A stretch of 64,000 nt of DNA from Vulcanimicrobiota bacterium (lineage in GTDB: Bacteria; Vulcanimicrobiota; Vulcanimicrobiia; Vulcanimicrobiales; Vulcanimicrobiaceae): contig CAWETW010000003.1 of NCBI GenBank assembly GCA_963812155.1, forward strand, positions 512,001-576,000. The letters run 5' to 3'. The position numbers and the translations under genes were made by a program. Position 1 is the first letter of the stretch. Every line of letters begins with the position of its first letter. A model generated the notes under the pieces. The model ran no database searches. It was not told where the DNA came from and worked only from the letters and a program-made list of their open reading frames with translations. This document shows positions 41,679-52,080 of the stretch, in pieces.

Positions 41679-42413
41679 AGCGACGCATTTTCATCGCATC
41701 GTCGGCATCGCTGATGATGACGGGATGCGGCGCGATCGGCAACGCGCTCAATGGGAGCGACGCCTTCAAGCGCGTGCTGGCGTCGGCGGAAGGCGTCAAT
41801 CACGCGTTGATCGGCACGCGGGGACTGGCGCGCGAATATCGCGATGCCGACGTCGACCGGATGTTTCGTGTGAACGGTTTCGCGACGCCGTCCGGCAGCC
41901 GCTACGTAGAGCTTGCCGCCGCGAACTTCGCCGGCTTTCACCTGCTCGTCGACGGCGCGGTCGAGCGGCGCCGCGTTCACGCTGGCGGAACTGCAGGCGA
42001 TGCCGCAGCAGACGCAGATTACGCGTCACGACTGCGTCGAAGGCTGGAGCGCGATCGGCAAGTGGAGCGGCGTGCGGCTCGGCGATTTGCTCGATGCCGT
42101 GCAGCCGCGCCCAGACGCGCGCTACGTCGTCTTCCACTGCATGGACGACGACGGCTCCGGAAACCTCTACTACGAAAGCCTCGACCTGCATCAGGCGCGC
42201 CATCCGCAAGCGCTGCTCGCGATGCGCCTCAACGACGCTCCGCTCGATCCCGCGCACGGCGCACCTGTCCGGCTGCGCATGCCGACGCAACTCGGTTACA
42301 AGAGCGCGAAGTGGATCGGTCGCATCGAAATCGTCGGCAGCTTCGCAACCATCTTCGGCGGCCGCGGCGGCTATTGGGAAGACCGCGACTACGAATGGTA
42401 CGCAGGGATTTAG
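41675..42413 (+). CDS. Molybdopterin-dependent oxidoreductase (sulfite oxidase/MsrP-like), Tat lipoprotein, frameshift near 41970
   Basis: KRRIF...LMMTGC; QITRHDCVEGWSAIGKW.GV, HGAPVRLR...LGYKSAKW, GGYWED. Confidence 0.88.
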
Positions 42414-42416
42414 CGC

Positions 42417-42456
42417 GTCACCCTGAGCGGAGCACCGTAGGTGCGCGGTCGAAGGA
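42417..42456. repeat. REP-like element
   Basis: GTCACCCTGAGCGGA-GCACCGTAGGTGC-GCGGTCGAAGGA. Confidence 0.85.
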
Positions 42457-42462
42457 GGCGGC

Positions 42463-44202
42463 ATGCGCCGCGGGCTGTCACTGGGAATTCTGCTCCTCAT
42501 CACGCTCGTGGTCGTCGTCCTCTATTACGTTCCGATCGGACACGTCGACTTCGCCGAGAACTGGGGCGAGGGCACGTTCGGCATCGAACTGCCGGGGCGG
42601 ACGGCGACGGTCGTCCACGTCGATCCCGGATCGGCGGCCGATCGGGCAGGCGTTCGCGCCGGCGACCGGCTGCTCTACGAAGGCAATTACGAGACGGGCT
42701 CGCGCGTGCGCGCGCCCTATCCCGGAGAACGCGAACGGCTGACGTTCGAGCGAAATCGCTCGACGTATACGATTACGCTGACGGCCTATGCCAAGCCGGA
42801 CTTCGGCCTGCTGCAGCGGCTCGGCGGGATGCTGGCGTACGTACCGCCGACGGTCTTCTTAGTAGTGGCATTCCTCCTCGTGCTGCTGCGGCCGTCGATC
42901 ATGTCGTGGTCGTTTTACGTCTTCGCCGTCGGCTACTTCGGGACGAGCCCGGTGTTCATGTATTGGTCGCACGTGCTCGCGCCGGGGGCGTATGCGGTTC
43001 TCGTCTTCCTGTTGAGCACCGTGTTCGGCCCGTGGAGCGTGCTGCCGCTGCTGCCCTTCGTACTGCGATTTCCCAACGGCGACGCGCTGGGGTGGCGAAG
43101 CCGGATCGACCGGTTCGTGTGGGCGTTTCTTGCGCTGGCGTACGTTCTCTACGTCGTCGAATGGCGCGGCTTTTCAACGGCCGGATCGCTTCCGGCGTGG
43201 GACGTCTTTCCGAGCACGATTATTCCTCTGGCGGGATTCGCTTTCGCCGGCTTGATCTTGGCGAAAAATCTCGCAACCGCGACACCGGCCGACCGGCAGC
43301 GGTTCGCGTTCGTGGCGTTGGGCACGTTCGTGTCCTTCGTTGCGTACGCAATCTACTACGTTCCCGGCGTGCCGTTCGCCGCCGGACAGGTCGTGGGTTT
43401 CGCCGTCGTGCTGATGCCCATCTGCATTGCGTATGCCGTCTTTCGTTTGCGCGTTCTCGACGTCAACTTCGTTCTGAATCGCGCGCTGGTCTACGGGACG
43501 CTCTCGGTGGGAGTCATCGCGCTCATCTCGATCTTGGATTGGTTCTTTTCCCGGGTCGTCGCGATCGGCCGGCTTGCGCTCGGGTTCGAGTTATTGGCGA
43601 CGATCGCCGTCGGATTTTTGCTCGATCGCATCAATCGCATGGTGGAGTCGTTCGTCGAAGCGCTGTTCTTTCGCGGGCGCCGGCAGGCCGAGCGGCACCT
43701 GCGCCGTGCCGCGGCAGCGCTGCCGTATGCTACCGACGAAGCGGCGATCGTCGACGGCCTGGTACAGATTCCGGCGGACGCAATGGAACTCGCCGCCGCC
43801 GCGCTCTACCGGCGATCCGAAAACGGCGAGCGCTTCGAAGGCGTTGCAACGGCCAGCCAAACGACGATGGCGCCCTCCGGTTTCGACGCGAACGATCTGT
43901 TGGTGCGAATGCTGCGATCCGAAGAGACGGTCATCTGGCTCGACGATCTGCGCTCGCATCTCGATCCGCAAAACGCTGCGATGTATACGCTGGCCGTTCC
44001 GGTGACGGTGCGTCACGAACTCATCAGTTTCACGCTCTACGGTACGCACGCCAACGGAGCGCAACTCGATCCCGAAGAGGTCGCACTGCTGGAAGAACTC
44101 GCGCGCGAGGCCGCTCGGGCCTACGATCACGTCGAGGCGCAGCGCGCTCGCGCACGCTACAATCAGCTGGTTGCGCTGCATTCGCCGCACGCCGCATCGT
44201 AA
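42463..44202 (+). CDS. PDZ + multi-TM + GAF-like membrane protein
   Basis: VVHVDPGSAADRAGVRAGDRL (PDZ), many hydrophobic segments, YAVFRLRVLDV, LAVPV...FTLYG...DPEEVALLEELA. Confidence 0.75.
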   Translation: MRRGLSLGILLLITLVVVVLYYVPIGHVDFAENWGEGTFGIELPGRTATVVHVDPGSAADRAGVRAGDRLLYEGNYETGSRVRAPYPGERERLTFERNRSTYTITLTAYAKPDFGLLQRLGGMLAYVPPTVFLVVAFLLVLLRPSIMSWSFYVFAVGYFGTSPVFMYWSHVLAPGAYAVLVFLLSTVFGPWSVLPLLPFVLRFPNGDALGWRSRIDRFVWAFLALAYVLYVVEWRGFSTAGSLPAWDVFPSTIIPLAGFAFAGLILAKNLATATPADRQRFAFVALGTFVSFVAYAIYYVPGVPFAAGQVVGFAVVLMPICIAYAVFRLRVLDVNFVLNRALVYGTLSVGVIALISILDWFFSRVVAIGRLALGFELLATIAVGFLLDRINRMVESFVEALFFRGRRQAERHLRRAAAALPYATDEAAIVDGLVQIPADAMELAAAALYRRSENGERFEGVATASQTTMAPSGFDANDLLVRMLRSEETVIWLDDLRSHLDPQNAAMYTLAVPVTVRHELISFTLYGTHANGAQLDPEEVALLEELAREAARAYDHVEAQRARARYNQLVALHSPHAAS

Positions 44203-44271
44203 CGCTCCGGTGGCGGGAGGTTACCGTTGCGCTCGGAAATATGCGATCATCGTCTCGTTGGAGGTTCGCTT

Positions 44272-44991
44272 ATGAAGAAACGCTGGCCGGCGCTCGCCGG
44301 AGCGGCGCTGTGTTTCGGGTTTCTCGCCCCGCTTAGCGCCGAAGAGCCGGCGCACGTGACGTACGCCCCGGCGCCCCCCGGTACGTTGATGCAAAATCAG
44401 CTCGTCTATCTGACGGGCGAGGCGATGCACTCGCAGTGGCGCGCCGTTGCGAGCAAGCAACTGATCGGCCAGGGTAACGGAACGAGCTTCTATCAGTGGT
44501 ATTTGTCGATCTACGCGATCGACGGCACGGCGTATCGTTTGAAGTACCAGTCGCCGGCGAACGGCGGCCCGCTCTCGAAGGTGACGCAGGCGTCCGGCGG
44601 CGCGAAGATGTGGTTTCCGGTGCAGACGCTGCAAATCGCGGGCATCGGCGAATTCGAGAAGGCCGGCGTGCAGCAACTGGTCGTGTCGTCGCACGAAATG
44701 GCCGCGGACTGCGGAAGCGCAATCGTGACCGTCTTGACCTCGAGCGCAAACGGCGCCGTCGTCCCGGCCGTCAGCGTGCGCAACGGCTGCGCGCTGAAAG
44801 CGACGATCACGCACGCAAACACGCCTGGAGCGCGCGACGCGATCGTTCTGAGCGGTCCCTACTACAACTCGACGGCGCCGATGTGCTGTCCGACGAAGCC
44901 GAAGGCCGCGGCGGTGCTCAGCTACCGTAACGGCAGGTGGACGGAAACGCCCAAGTACTTCCCGTTTTACGCCGGAAAATTTCCACCGTAA
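44272..44991 (+). CDS. Secreted hypothetical protein
   Basis: GGAGG RBS, signal peptide MKKRWPALAGAALCFGFLAPLSA, PMCCP motif. Confidence 0.7.
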   Translation: MKKRWPALAGAALCFGFLAPLSAEEPAHVTYAPAPPGTLMQNQLVYLTGEAMHSQWRAVASKQLIGQGNGTSFYQWYLSIYAIDGTAYRLKYQSPANGGPLSKVTQASGGAKMWFPVQTLQIAGIGEFEKAGVQQLVVSSHEMAADCGSAIVTVLTSSANGAVVPAVSVRNGCALKATITHANTPGARDAIVLSGPYYNSTAPMCCPTKPKAAAVLSYRNGRWTETPKYFPFYAGKFPP

Positions 44992-45024
44992 CGTCGACAC
45001 GATAAGAGGAGAATTCTCATTCCC

Positions 45025-46200
45025 ATGCGTTGGCCCATCGTTACCATGGCTGCATTTTCACTCGTCGCGTGCGGAGGTCCGAATGCCGTAACGCCGCGCG
45101 GACCGGTTGCAGCGATGCAAGCGAGACCGGATCAGAGCAATTTTCACGTGCTCTACAACTTCAAGGGTCAGCCCGACGGTTCGGAGCCCGGCCACGGGCC
45201 GCTCGTCGTGCTCGACGGCAACTTGTACGGAACGACGCGATACGGCGGCACCCACGGCCGGGGAACCGTCTTTGAAATCAAACCCGACGGCAGCGAGAAG
45301 GTCGTCTACAGTTTCGCCGGCGGAAAGGGCGACGGCAGCAATCCGAGGGCGGGGCTCGTTGCGCTCGACGGCGCGCTCTACGGCACGACCGAAAACGCCG
45401 GTTCGGGCGGAGCCGGGTACGGCACCGCTTTCGAGGTTACGACGGCCGGGACAGAGCGCGTCATTTACAACTTCGACGGCTATACGGGCGCCTATCCGCA
45501 CTCAGCATTATTCGTTGACGCCGGCGTCCTGTACGGAACGACCCTCAACTACGGCAAGGAGTTCGACGGCACGCTCTTCGCACTCACCACTGCGGGACAA
45601 CTCAAAGTGCTCTACGCGTTCGGACGAAAGGGCGCCGGTGCGAAACCCTACGCGGGTCCGCAGTTTTTTGGCGGCCAGATCTACGGCTCGACGCTCTTCG
45701 GACCCGCCGACGAAGATTTAAGCGGGCTGGTCTACAAGCAATCGGTCACCGGCAGGCCGCGCTGGCTGCACAAGTTCGGCCTCAAGCCGGGTGACGGCGC
45801 AATGCCGCACGGCAGGCTCGCGATGCTCGGTGGCGTCCTGTACGGAACGACGGATAAAGGCGGCAAAAAGCACGAAGGAACGATTTACAAGCTGACGACC
45901 GACGACGGCGTCGAAACGGTGCTGCACAGTTTCGAGCGCGAAACGGGATCGGGTTCCGTCGCGGGCCTCGTCGCTTATCAGGGCTCGCTCTACGGGCAAA
46001 CGGTACGCGGCGGGCATTCCGACAAGGGCGTGATTTTCAAAATTACTCCGCAAGGCGAGTATTCGGTCCTGCATCAGTTCTACGGCCCAGACGGTAACGA
46101 AGGCGTCTCGGAATTGACGGCGTGGAACGGAAAACTCTACGGCACCACGCTCAAAGGTGGAGCGCACCAGACGGGTACGGTCTTCGAAATAACGCCGTAG
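45025..46200 (+). CDS. Lipoprotein with GloVer-type tandem repeats (beta-propeller-like)
   Basis: Lipobox LVAC; about seven repeats of LYGTT..GG...GTVF.I...G...VLY.F. Confidence 0.85.
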   Translation: MRWPIVTMAAFSLVACGGPNAVTPRGPVAAMQARPDQSNFHVLYNFKGQPDGSEPGHGPLVVLDGNLYGTTRYGGTHGRGTVFEIKPDGSEKVVYSFAGGKGDGSNPRAGLVALDGALYGTTENAGSGGAGYGTAFEVTTAGTERVIYNFDGYTGAYPHSALFVDAGVLYGTTLNYGKEFDGTLFALTTAGQLKVLYAFGRKGAGAKPYAGPQFFGGQIYGSTLFGPADEDLSGLVYKQSVTGRPRWLHKFGLKPGDGAMPHGRLAMLGGVLYGTTDKGGKKHEGTIYKLTTDDGVETVLHSFERETGSGSVAGLVAYQGSLYGQTVRGGHSDKGVIFKITPQGEYSVLHQFYGPDGNEGVSELTAWNGKLYGTTLKGGAHQTGTVFEITP

Positions 46201-46210
46201 TTCTGCCGGC

Positions 46211-46316
46211 ACTTCGTCCTTCGACGCCGCCCGCTGCGCGGGCTTCGCTCAGGGTGACACACAATTTGGCGCGCCTCCGCTCAGGATGACACCGGGGCCT
46301 GCGCTCAGGGTGACAC
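46211..46316. repeat. REP-like element with two extra tandem half-copies
   Basis: CTTCGTCCTTCGAC...CTTCGCTCAGGGTGACAC, CTCCGCTCAGGATGACAC, CTGCGCTCAGGGTGACAC between convergent genes. Confidence 0.85.
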
Positions 46317-46324
46317 AGGGGGCG

Positions 46325-47905
46325 TTACATGCGGAAGATGCCGAAGTGCGTGCGCGGCTGCGGCGCGTGCGCGGCGGCATCGAGGCCGATGGCGATGACG
46401 CGGCGCGTATCGAGCGGATCGATGATGCCGTCGTCCCACATGCGCGCCGTCGAATAGTAGGGGCTGCCTTCGCGATCGTACTTTTCCAGAATCGGCGCTT
46501 CGAAGGCGGCCTTTTCGTCCGGCGTCATCGAGCCTTTGACCGTCGAGAGGACGCTGGCCGCCTGCGGGCCGCCCATCACGCTGATGCGCGCGTTGGGCCA
46601 CATCCATAACTGGCGCGGCGAGTAGGCGCGTCCGCACATGCCGTAGTTTCCCGCGCCGAAACTTCCGCCGATCACGACCGTGAACTTCGGCACTTCGGCG
46701 CACGCGACGGCCATGACGAGCTTCGCGCCGTCTTTGGCGATGCCGCGGTTTTCGTACTCGCGCCCCACCATGAAGCCGGTGATATTCTGCAGGAAGAGCA
46801 GCGGCGTGCCGCGCTGCGTGCAGAGTTCGATGAAGTGCGCGCCTTTGAGCGCGCTCTCGCTGAAGAGAATCCCGTTGTTGGCGAGGATGCCGATCGGATG
46901 GCCCTCGATGCGTGCGAAACCGCAGACGAGCGTCGTGCCGTAGCGCGACTTGAACTCGTGAAAATCCGACGCGTCGACCAGCCGCGCGATCACCTCGCGC
47001 ACGTCGTAGCCGATGCGGCTGTCGGCGGGGATCACGCCGTACATGTCGCGCGCGTCGTATTTCGGCGGCTGCGGACCGCAGCGGTCCCACTGGCGCGGCA
47101 ACTCGAGGTGCAGATTTGCGACGATCTCCCGCACGAGCGCAAGCGCGTGGACGTCGTCGTCGGCGAGGTGGTCGGCGACGCCCGATACGCGCGTATGCAC
47201 GTCGCCCCCGCCGAGATCTTCGGCGCTCACCTCTTCGCCCGTGGCGGCTTTGACCAGGGGCGGCCCGCCGAGGAAAATCGTTCCGTTGCCTTTGACGATC
47301 ACCGTTTCGTCGCTCATCGCCGGCACGTAGGCGCCGCCGGCCGTGCACGATCCCATGACGGCGGCGATCTGCGGAATGCGTTTACCCGACATGCGCGCTT
47401 GATTGTAGAAGATTCTTCCGAAGTGCTCGCGGTCGGGAAACACGTCGGCCTGCAACGGCAAGAACGCGCCGCCGGAATCGACCAAATAGATGCACGGCAG
47501 ATGGTTTTGCTCGGCGATTTCCTGCGCGCGCAAATGCTTCTTTACCGTCATTGGATAGTAGGTGCCGCCTTTGACGGTGGCATCGTTGGCGACGACGACG
47601 CAGTGCTGCCCTTCAACGATGCCGATGCCCGTGACCATGCCGGCCGACGGTGAATCGCCGGCATACATGTCCGTGGCGGCGAGTGCGGAGAATTCGAGAA
47701 AGCCCGACCCCGCGTCGACCAGCCGTTCGATGCGTTCGCGTGCGGTCAGTTTGTTGCGTTTGCGATGTTTCGCGATCGCCTCTTCGCCGCCGCCGGCGCG
47801 AACCGCGGCCAGACGATCGCGCAACTGCGCGACCAAGCCGCGCATCCGTTCCGCGTTGCGTTCGAAACTTTCGGATCGGTCGAGTCGCGATTCCAGCAGA
47901 GCCAT
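46325..47905 (-). CDS. liuB: 3-methylcrotonyl-CoA carboxylase beta subunit (carboxyltransferase)
   Basis: [65 protein letters not shown]. Confidence 0.95.
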   Translation of the reverse strand: MALLESRLDRSESFERNAERMRGLVAQLRDRLAAVRAGGGEEAIAKHRKRNKLTARERIERLVDAGSGFLEFSALAATDMYAGDSPSAGMVTGIGIVEGQHCVVVANDATVKGGTYYPMTVKKHLRAQEIAEQNHLPCIYLVDSGGAFLPLQADVFPDREHFGRIFYNQARMSGKRIPQIAAVMGSCTAGGAYVPAMSDETVIVKGNGTIFLGGPPLVKAATGEEVSAEDLGGGDVHTRVSGVADHLADDDVHALALVREIVANLHLELPRQWDRCGPQPPKYDARDMYGVIPADSRIGYDVREVIARLVDASDFHEFKSRYGTTLVCGFARIEGHPIGILANNGILFSESALKGAHFIELCTQRGTPLLFLQNITGFMVGREYENRGIAKDGAKLVMAVACAEVPKFTVVIGGSFGAGNYGMCGRAYSPRQLWMWPNARISVMGGPQAASVLSTVKGSMTPDEKAAFEAPILEKYDREGSPYYSTARMWDDGIIDPLDTRRVIAIGLDAAAHAPQPRTHFGIFRM

Positions 47906-48020
47906 CGGCGGCGCCATTCGTCGCTTGGCTGCCTCGTTCCGGCGAGCCGGCGGCCGATGCGCCACGCATGAAGCGCCGGTTAGATATCGCCGGGATGCGT
48001 GCCCGCGGCTCGCGCAGCGA

Positions 48021-48036
48021 TGTATACTGTCGGAAA
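48021..48036 (+). promoter_or_regulatory. Putative -10 element for a leaderless DUF1800 transcript
   Basis: TATACT at 48023-48028, 7 nt before ATG 48036; no Shine-Dalgarno visible. Confidence 0.45.
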
Positions 48037-49523
48037 TGGCAGCGGCAGCACAATCGGCCGTCGATTTCGGCGGTATTCGTCGTCCTCAAGGGCAGCTGGC
48101 GACGGCAGCGGCGCTCGATGCCTATCCGGGGCCGCTCAACGAGCGCTCGGCCGCGCACCTGTTGCGCCGGGCCGGCTTCGGAGGAACTCCCGAAGACGTG
48201 CGCCGCTATGCGGGTATGAGCGTGAACGCCGCAGTCGAATCGCTCGTGCGCTTTCCTGCTAAGGCCGAGACGCCTCCGGCCGACGATACGTTCAGTCCGG
48301 TCGGCGAACTTTCGCAGTACGGTCCGCGCGGATTGCGTGACCTGCCCGACGATCAGCGCCGCGAGATCAATCGCAAGATCAAGCGCGAAGACAACCGTTC
48401 GTTTCGCGGGCTCCAGTTGTGGTGGCTCAACCGCATGCTCTCGACGCAGGCGCCGCTGCAGGAGAAGATGGCCTTCTATTTCCACGGCCACTTTACGACC
48501 GCCGGCTTGCGCAAAGGCATCTCCGCGGCGATGGTCTACAATCAGAATGCGCTGTTTCGCAGTTACGCGCTGGGAAATCTGCGCGAGCTGACCCGCAACG
48601 TTTCCAAAGACCCGGCGATGCTCGTCTATCTCGACGGCGCTTCCAACCTCGCCGCGCATCCCAACGAAAACTACGCGCGCGAACTGATGGAACTCTTTAC
48701 GCTCGGCGTCGACAACTACAGCGAGGACGACGTGCGCAACTCGGCGCGCGCCTGGACCGGCTGGCGCTACAGCCGTTTTACCGAGGAAGCGAAATTCATG
48801 CCGGCGTTTCACGACGACGGCGTCAAGACGTTCCTCGGCCGCACGGGAAACTTCACCGGCGACGATATCGTCAACATCATCTTCGAACAGCCGCAGTGCG
48901 CGCGCTTTTTCGCAACCAGCTTGCTTGGAACGTTCGTCTACAACGATCCGGAACCGCAACTGGTCGGCGAAGTCGCGCAGCTGTTGCGCCGTCACGACTT
49001 CGAACTCCAGCCGGTGATGTCGGCGCTGCTGCGCAGCAACGTCTTTTATTCGGAACGCGCCTATCGCGCGATCGTGAAATCGCCGGTCGAGTTCGTCGTC
49101 GGCACGTACAAGGCGCTGGGCGTACCGCAGATGGACGCCGCCGTGCTCCTCTCGCTGCGCGCGATGGGACAGGAACTCTTCTATCCGCCCAACGTCGCGG
49201 GCTGGCCGGGCGGCGAAAACTGGCTCACCAGCGACACGATGATCGCGCGGCAAAACTTTCTCAAACGCGCGGTCAACTCGCAGACCATCGGCCAGTCGTC
49301 GTGGCTTCGCGGCATGCCGATGCAGCCGAAGGCGGTCGCCGAATCCCTCTCCGGATCCGTGCTGCAAGGCGACGCGGCGCCGGCCTCGATGTATAAACTG
49401 GACGGCTACCTTGGAGGCGCGGGCACGTCGGCACTGGCGGCTCTTTCGCCGGAGAACTACGACGAACGCGTCAGCGGCGCGGCCTATCTCACGATGGCCA
49501 TGCCGGCGTATCAGTTGAGCTGA
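48036..49523 (+). CDS. DUF1800 family protein
   Basis: [52 protein letters not shown]. Confidence 0.93.
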   Translation: MAAAAQSAVDFGGIRRPQGQLATAAALDAYPGPLNERSAAHLLRRAGFGGTPEDVRRYAGMSVNAAVESLVRFPAKAETPPADDTFSPVGELSQYGPRGLRDLPDDQRREINRKIKREDNRSFRGLQLWWLNRMLSTQAPLQEKMAFYFHGHFTTAGLRKGISAAMVYNQNALFRSYALGNLRELTRNVSKDPAMLVYLDGASNLAAHPNENYARELMELFTLGVDNYSEDDVRNSARAWTGWRYSRFTEEAKFMPAFHDDGVKTFLGRTGNFTGDDIVNIIFEQPQCARFFATSLLGTFVYNDPEPQLVGEVAQLLRRHDFELQPVMSALLRSNVFYSERAYRAIVKSPVEFVVGTYKALGVPQMDAAVLLSLRAMGQELFYPPNVAGWPGGENWLTSDTMIARQNFLKRAVNSQTIGQSSWLRGMPMQPKAVAESLSGSVLQGDAAPASMYKLDGYLGGAGTSALAALSPENYDERVSGAAYLTMAMPAYQLS

Positions 49524-49541
49524 AGGCGCGAGAAACGAAAT

Positions 49542-50762
49542 ATGAGACGCTCCAACTTTCTCCTCGGAACGGTTTCGGGACTGGCGGTCGTTGCGAGCAG
49601 CGATCACGTCTTCGCGCAGGCGCTCGCGCAGTCGCCGTTGCCGGGTCTGCCCGGCTCGCACAATCGCTGTCTGGTGCTGGTCAATCTCAACGGCGGCAAC
49701 GACGGTCTGAACTGCATCGTGCCGCACGGCGACGCGCAATACTATCGCCTGCGGCCGTCGTTGGCGATTGCGCAAAACGACGTGCTCTCGATCAACGCGC
49801 AGCTGGGATTCAACCCGCGCATGCGCTCGTTGAAAGGGATGTACGACAAGGGGATGGTCGCCGTCGTGCAAGGCGTCGGATATCCCAATGCCGACCACTC
49901 GCACTTCCGTTCCAGCGAGATCTGGCAGACCGGCGTTCCGGATAAGTACGAACACACCGGCTGGATCGGCCGCTACCTCGACGACGCCGGTTTGCCGGAC
50001 GGCGACCTCTTCAAAGGCGTCGCCCTCTCACAAGTGCTGCCGGAGGTCCTGGTCGCCAATAAAACCGACGTGCCGGCCATTTCGAACCTCGGACAATACG
50101 GCCTCATCGCGGATCGAGATCCGATGGCCCGGACGGCCTTTGCGCAGCAGGCGCGCGACAAGCGTCTACCGTTCACGTCGCCGTATCTGGCGCACGTCAT
50201 GCAGATCGAAGACCACGCCCAGCGCACGTCGGAAGAACTCCCGAAGCTCATCGCGGGCTACAAGGCGCAGGCGTCGTATCCCGCCACGCCGATCGGACGC
50301 AGCCTTGCACTGGCGGCGCAGATCGTCGGCAGCAACATCGGCACCAAGGTGCTCTACGTTTCGCACGGCTCGTTCGACACGCACGTCAGTCAAGTCGCCA
50401 CGCAGAACAATCTGCTCGGGCAACTTTCCGATGCGCTGTCGGCGTTCTACACCGATCTCGCGGCGCACGGAAACGACAAGCGCGTCTTGACGATGACCTT
50501 TAGCGAATTCGGACGCCGCGCCGCCGAAAATGCGGCCCGCGGCACCGATCACGGCGAGGCCTCGCCGCTGTTCCTCATCGGCGGTAGCGTCAAGGGCGGA
50601 ATCTACGGCAAAATGCCGGACCTCGGCAATACCAACATGGGGAACGTCGCGTTCACCACCGACTTCCGCAGCGTCTACGCGACCGTGCTCGAGCGCTGGC
50701 TCGGCCGCCCCTCGCAGGCCGTGCTCGGCGGTTCGTTCTCGAAGCTCGCCGTTTTGAGCTGA
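49542..50762 (+). CDS. DUF1501 family protein, Tat-like signal
   Basis: MRRSNFL, GGNDGLN, SHFRS, FDTH, SEFGRR, GTDHG, DFRSVYA. Confidence 0.93.
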   Translation: MRRSNFLLGTVSGLAVVASSDHVFAQALAQSPLPGLPGSHNRCLVLVNLNGGNDGLNCIVPHGDAQYYRLRPSLAIAQNDVLSINAQLGFNPRMRSLKGMYDKGMVAVVQGVGYPNADHSHFRSSEIWQTGVPDKYEHTGWIGRYLDDAGLPDGDLFKGVALSQVLPEVLVANKTDVPAISNLGQYGLIADRDPMARTAFAQQARDKRLPFTSPYLAHVMQIEDHAQRTSEELPKLIAGYKAQASYPATPIGRSLALAAQIVGSNIGTKVLYVSHGSFDTHVSQVATQNNLLGQLSDALSAFYTDLAAHGNDKRVLTMTFSEFGRRAAENAARGTDHGEASPLFLIGGSVKGGIYGKMPDLGNTNMGNVAFTTDFRSVYATVLERWLGRPSQAVLGGSFSKLAVLS

Positions 50763-50763
50763 C

Positions 50764-50810
50764 CTTCGTCCTTCGACTGCGCGCCTGCGGCGCTCCGCTC
50801 AGGATGACAC
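50764..50810. repeat. REP-like element
   Basis: CTTCGTCCTTCGACTGCGCGCCTGCGGCGCTCCGCTCAGGATGACAC directly after the DUF1501 stop. Confidence 0.85.
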
Positions 50811-50860
50811 ATTGGGGGGCCACACAGGGCTAGGTTTGCGGGCGGTGCAAGGTACCCGGC

Positions 50861-51277
50861 ATGGCTGCGAGCGCGCCCCGCGTCGTCTCGTTCGGGAAAA
50901 CCGGCGAGTCGGGACTTCCACCCAAGGGAACGCCGAAAAACTACTTGAGGGCGTGGCTTCTCGTGATGCTTGCCGAGAAGAATCTGCACGGCTATGAAAT
51001 CACCAAAGACCTCAACGAGAAGTTCGAAGTAATCACCGATGCGGGAACGGTGTATCGCGCGCTGCGCCAACTCGAACGCGACGGCTCCATCTCCTCGTGG
51101 TGGAATCCCGCCGAACAAGGTCCGCCGCGCCGCCTCTACGCGTTGACGCCGCAGGGCACCGCCGCGCTGCGGCGCTGGAGCGAAGCGCTCGAGCAATACC
51201 GCGCGAACTTAGAGACGTTCTTCGCACTCTATCAGCGCCGCAACGGCTCGACGTCGAGCGGAAAGAAAGGCGCCTGA
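50861..51277 (+). CDS. PadR-family regulator (PhaQ-like)
   Basis: PKNYLRAWLL..L....HGYE, GTVYRALRQLE, GPPRRLYALT..G. Confidence 0.88.
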   Translation: MAASAPRVVSFGKTGESGLPPKGTPKNYLRAWLLVMLAEKNLHGYEITKDLNEKFEVITDAGTVYRALRQLERDGSISSWWNPAEQGPPRRLYALTPQGTAALRRWSEALEQYRANLETFFALYQRRNGSTSSGKKGA

Positions 51278-52080
51278 ACCGGCTGCCCACCTCGGTGCTC
51301 TTCCTCGGCAGCGGCGGCGCACGCTTCGTCGTCGCGCGCCAGTTTCGAGCGTCGGGCGGCATGTGGATGCGCTTCGGCGAGACGCAGATTCACGTCGATC
51401 CGGGGCCGGGTGCGCTCGTCCGCGCCCTCAGCCACGTGCCGCCGTGCAATCCACGCGAACTCGACGCGATCGTGCTTTCGCACAAGCATCTCGACCATTC
51501 CAGCGACGTCAACACGATGGTCGAGGCGATGACCTCGGGCGGATTCCGTCCGCGCGGTACGCTGCTCGCGCCCGGCGACGCCTTCGATCACGAACCGGTC
51601 GTCTTGCCGTACGTCCGGCGTTTCGTCGAAAACATCGAGCGGCTGGAGCCGAGCGCGGGCCCCTATCGCATCGGCGGCGTCGATCTGCGTACGTCGCGCG
51701 CGCACGTGCACGCCGTGCAGACCTACGGCCTGCATTTCGAGTACGGCGGCCTGCGAGTCGCGTATCTGCCCTGCGGACGTTTCTTCGAAGAGCTGGGCGC
51801 CGACTACGCGCGCCTGCGGCCCAACGTGCTGATCGTGAACGTGCTGCGCTTCCGCGACGCGATGAGGGTCGATCATCTCGCGTGGGACGATGCGTGCCGC
51901 GTCGTCGCCGAAGTCCGTCCGCAAGTGGCCGTCTTCCAGCACTTCGGCACGAAGATGCTCGAGGCCGATCCCCACCGGCTCGCGCAGTCGCTCGAAGACA
52001 AACTCGGCCTGCGCGCAATCGCTGCCTACGATGGTTTCACGCTCGACGTCGACACCGAGGTCGCGGCGGTTGCCGGTTGA
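51274..52080 (+). CDS. Metallo-beta-lactamase-fold hydrolase
   Basis: FLGSGGAR, VDPGPGAL, SHKHLDH, QHFG; probable CTG start overlapping the upstream TGA. Confidence 0.88.
   Translation: MNRLPTSVLFLGSGGARFVVARQFRASGGMWMRFGETQIHVDPGPGALVRALSHVPPCNPRELDAIVLSHKHLDHSSDVNTMVEAMTSGGFRPRGTLLAPGDAFDHEPVVLPYVRRFVENIERLEPSAGPYRIGGVDLRTSRAHVHAVQTYGLHFEYGGLRVAYLPCGRFFEELGADYARLRPNVLIVNVLRFRDAMRVDHLAWDDACRVVAEVRPQVAVFQHFGTKMLEADPHRLAQSLEDKLGLRAIAAYDGFTLDVDTEVAAVAG

Noticed and set aside
46211..46316. Mini CRISPR array
   Set aside because: Repeats are ~18-bp halves of the dispersed REP-like element with short unequal spacers; no cas genes in the window.
47613..49955. Long antisense ORFs (also 21340..23301, 23304..25187, 25751..27658)
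   Set aside because: Antisense shadows of motif-supported genes, expected at this GC content.
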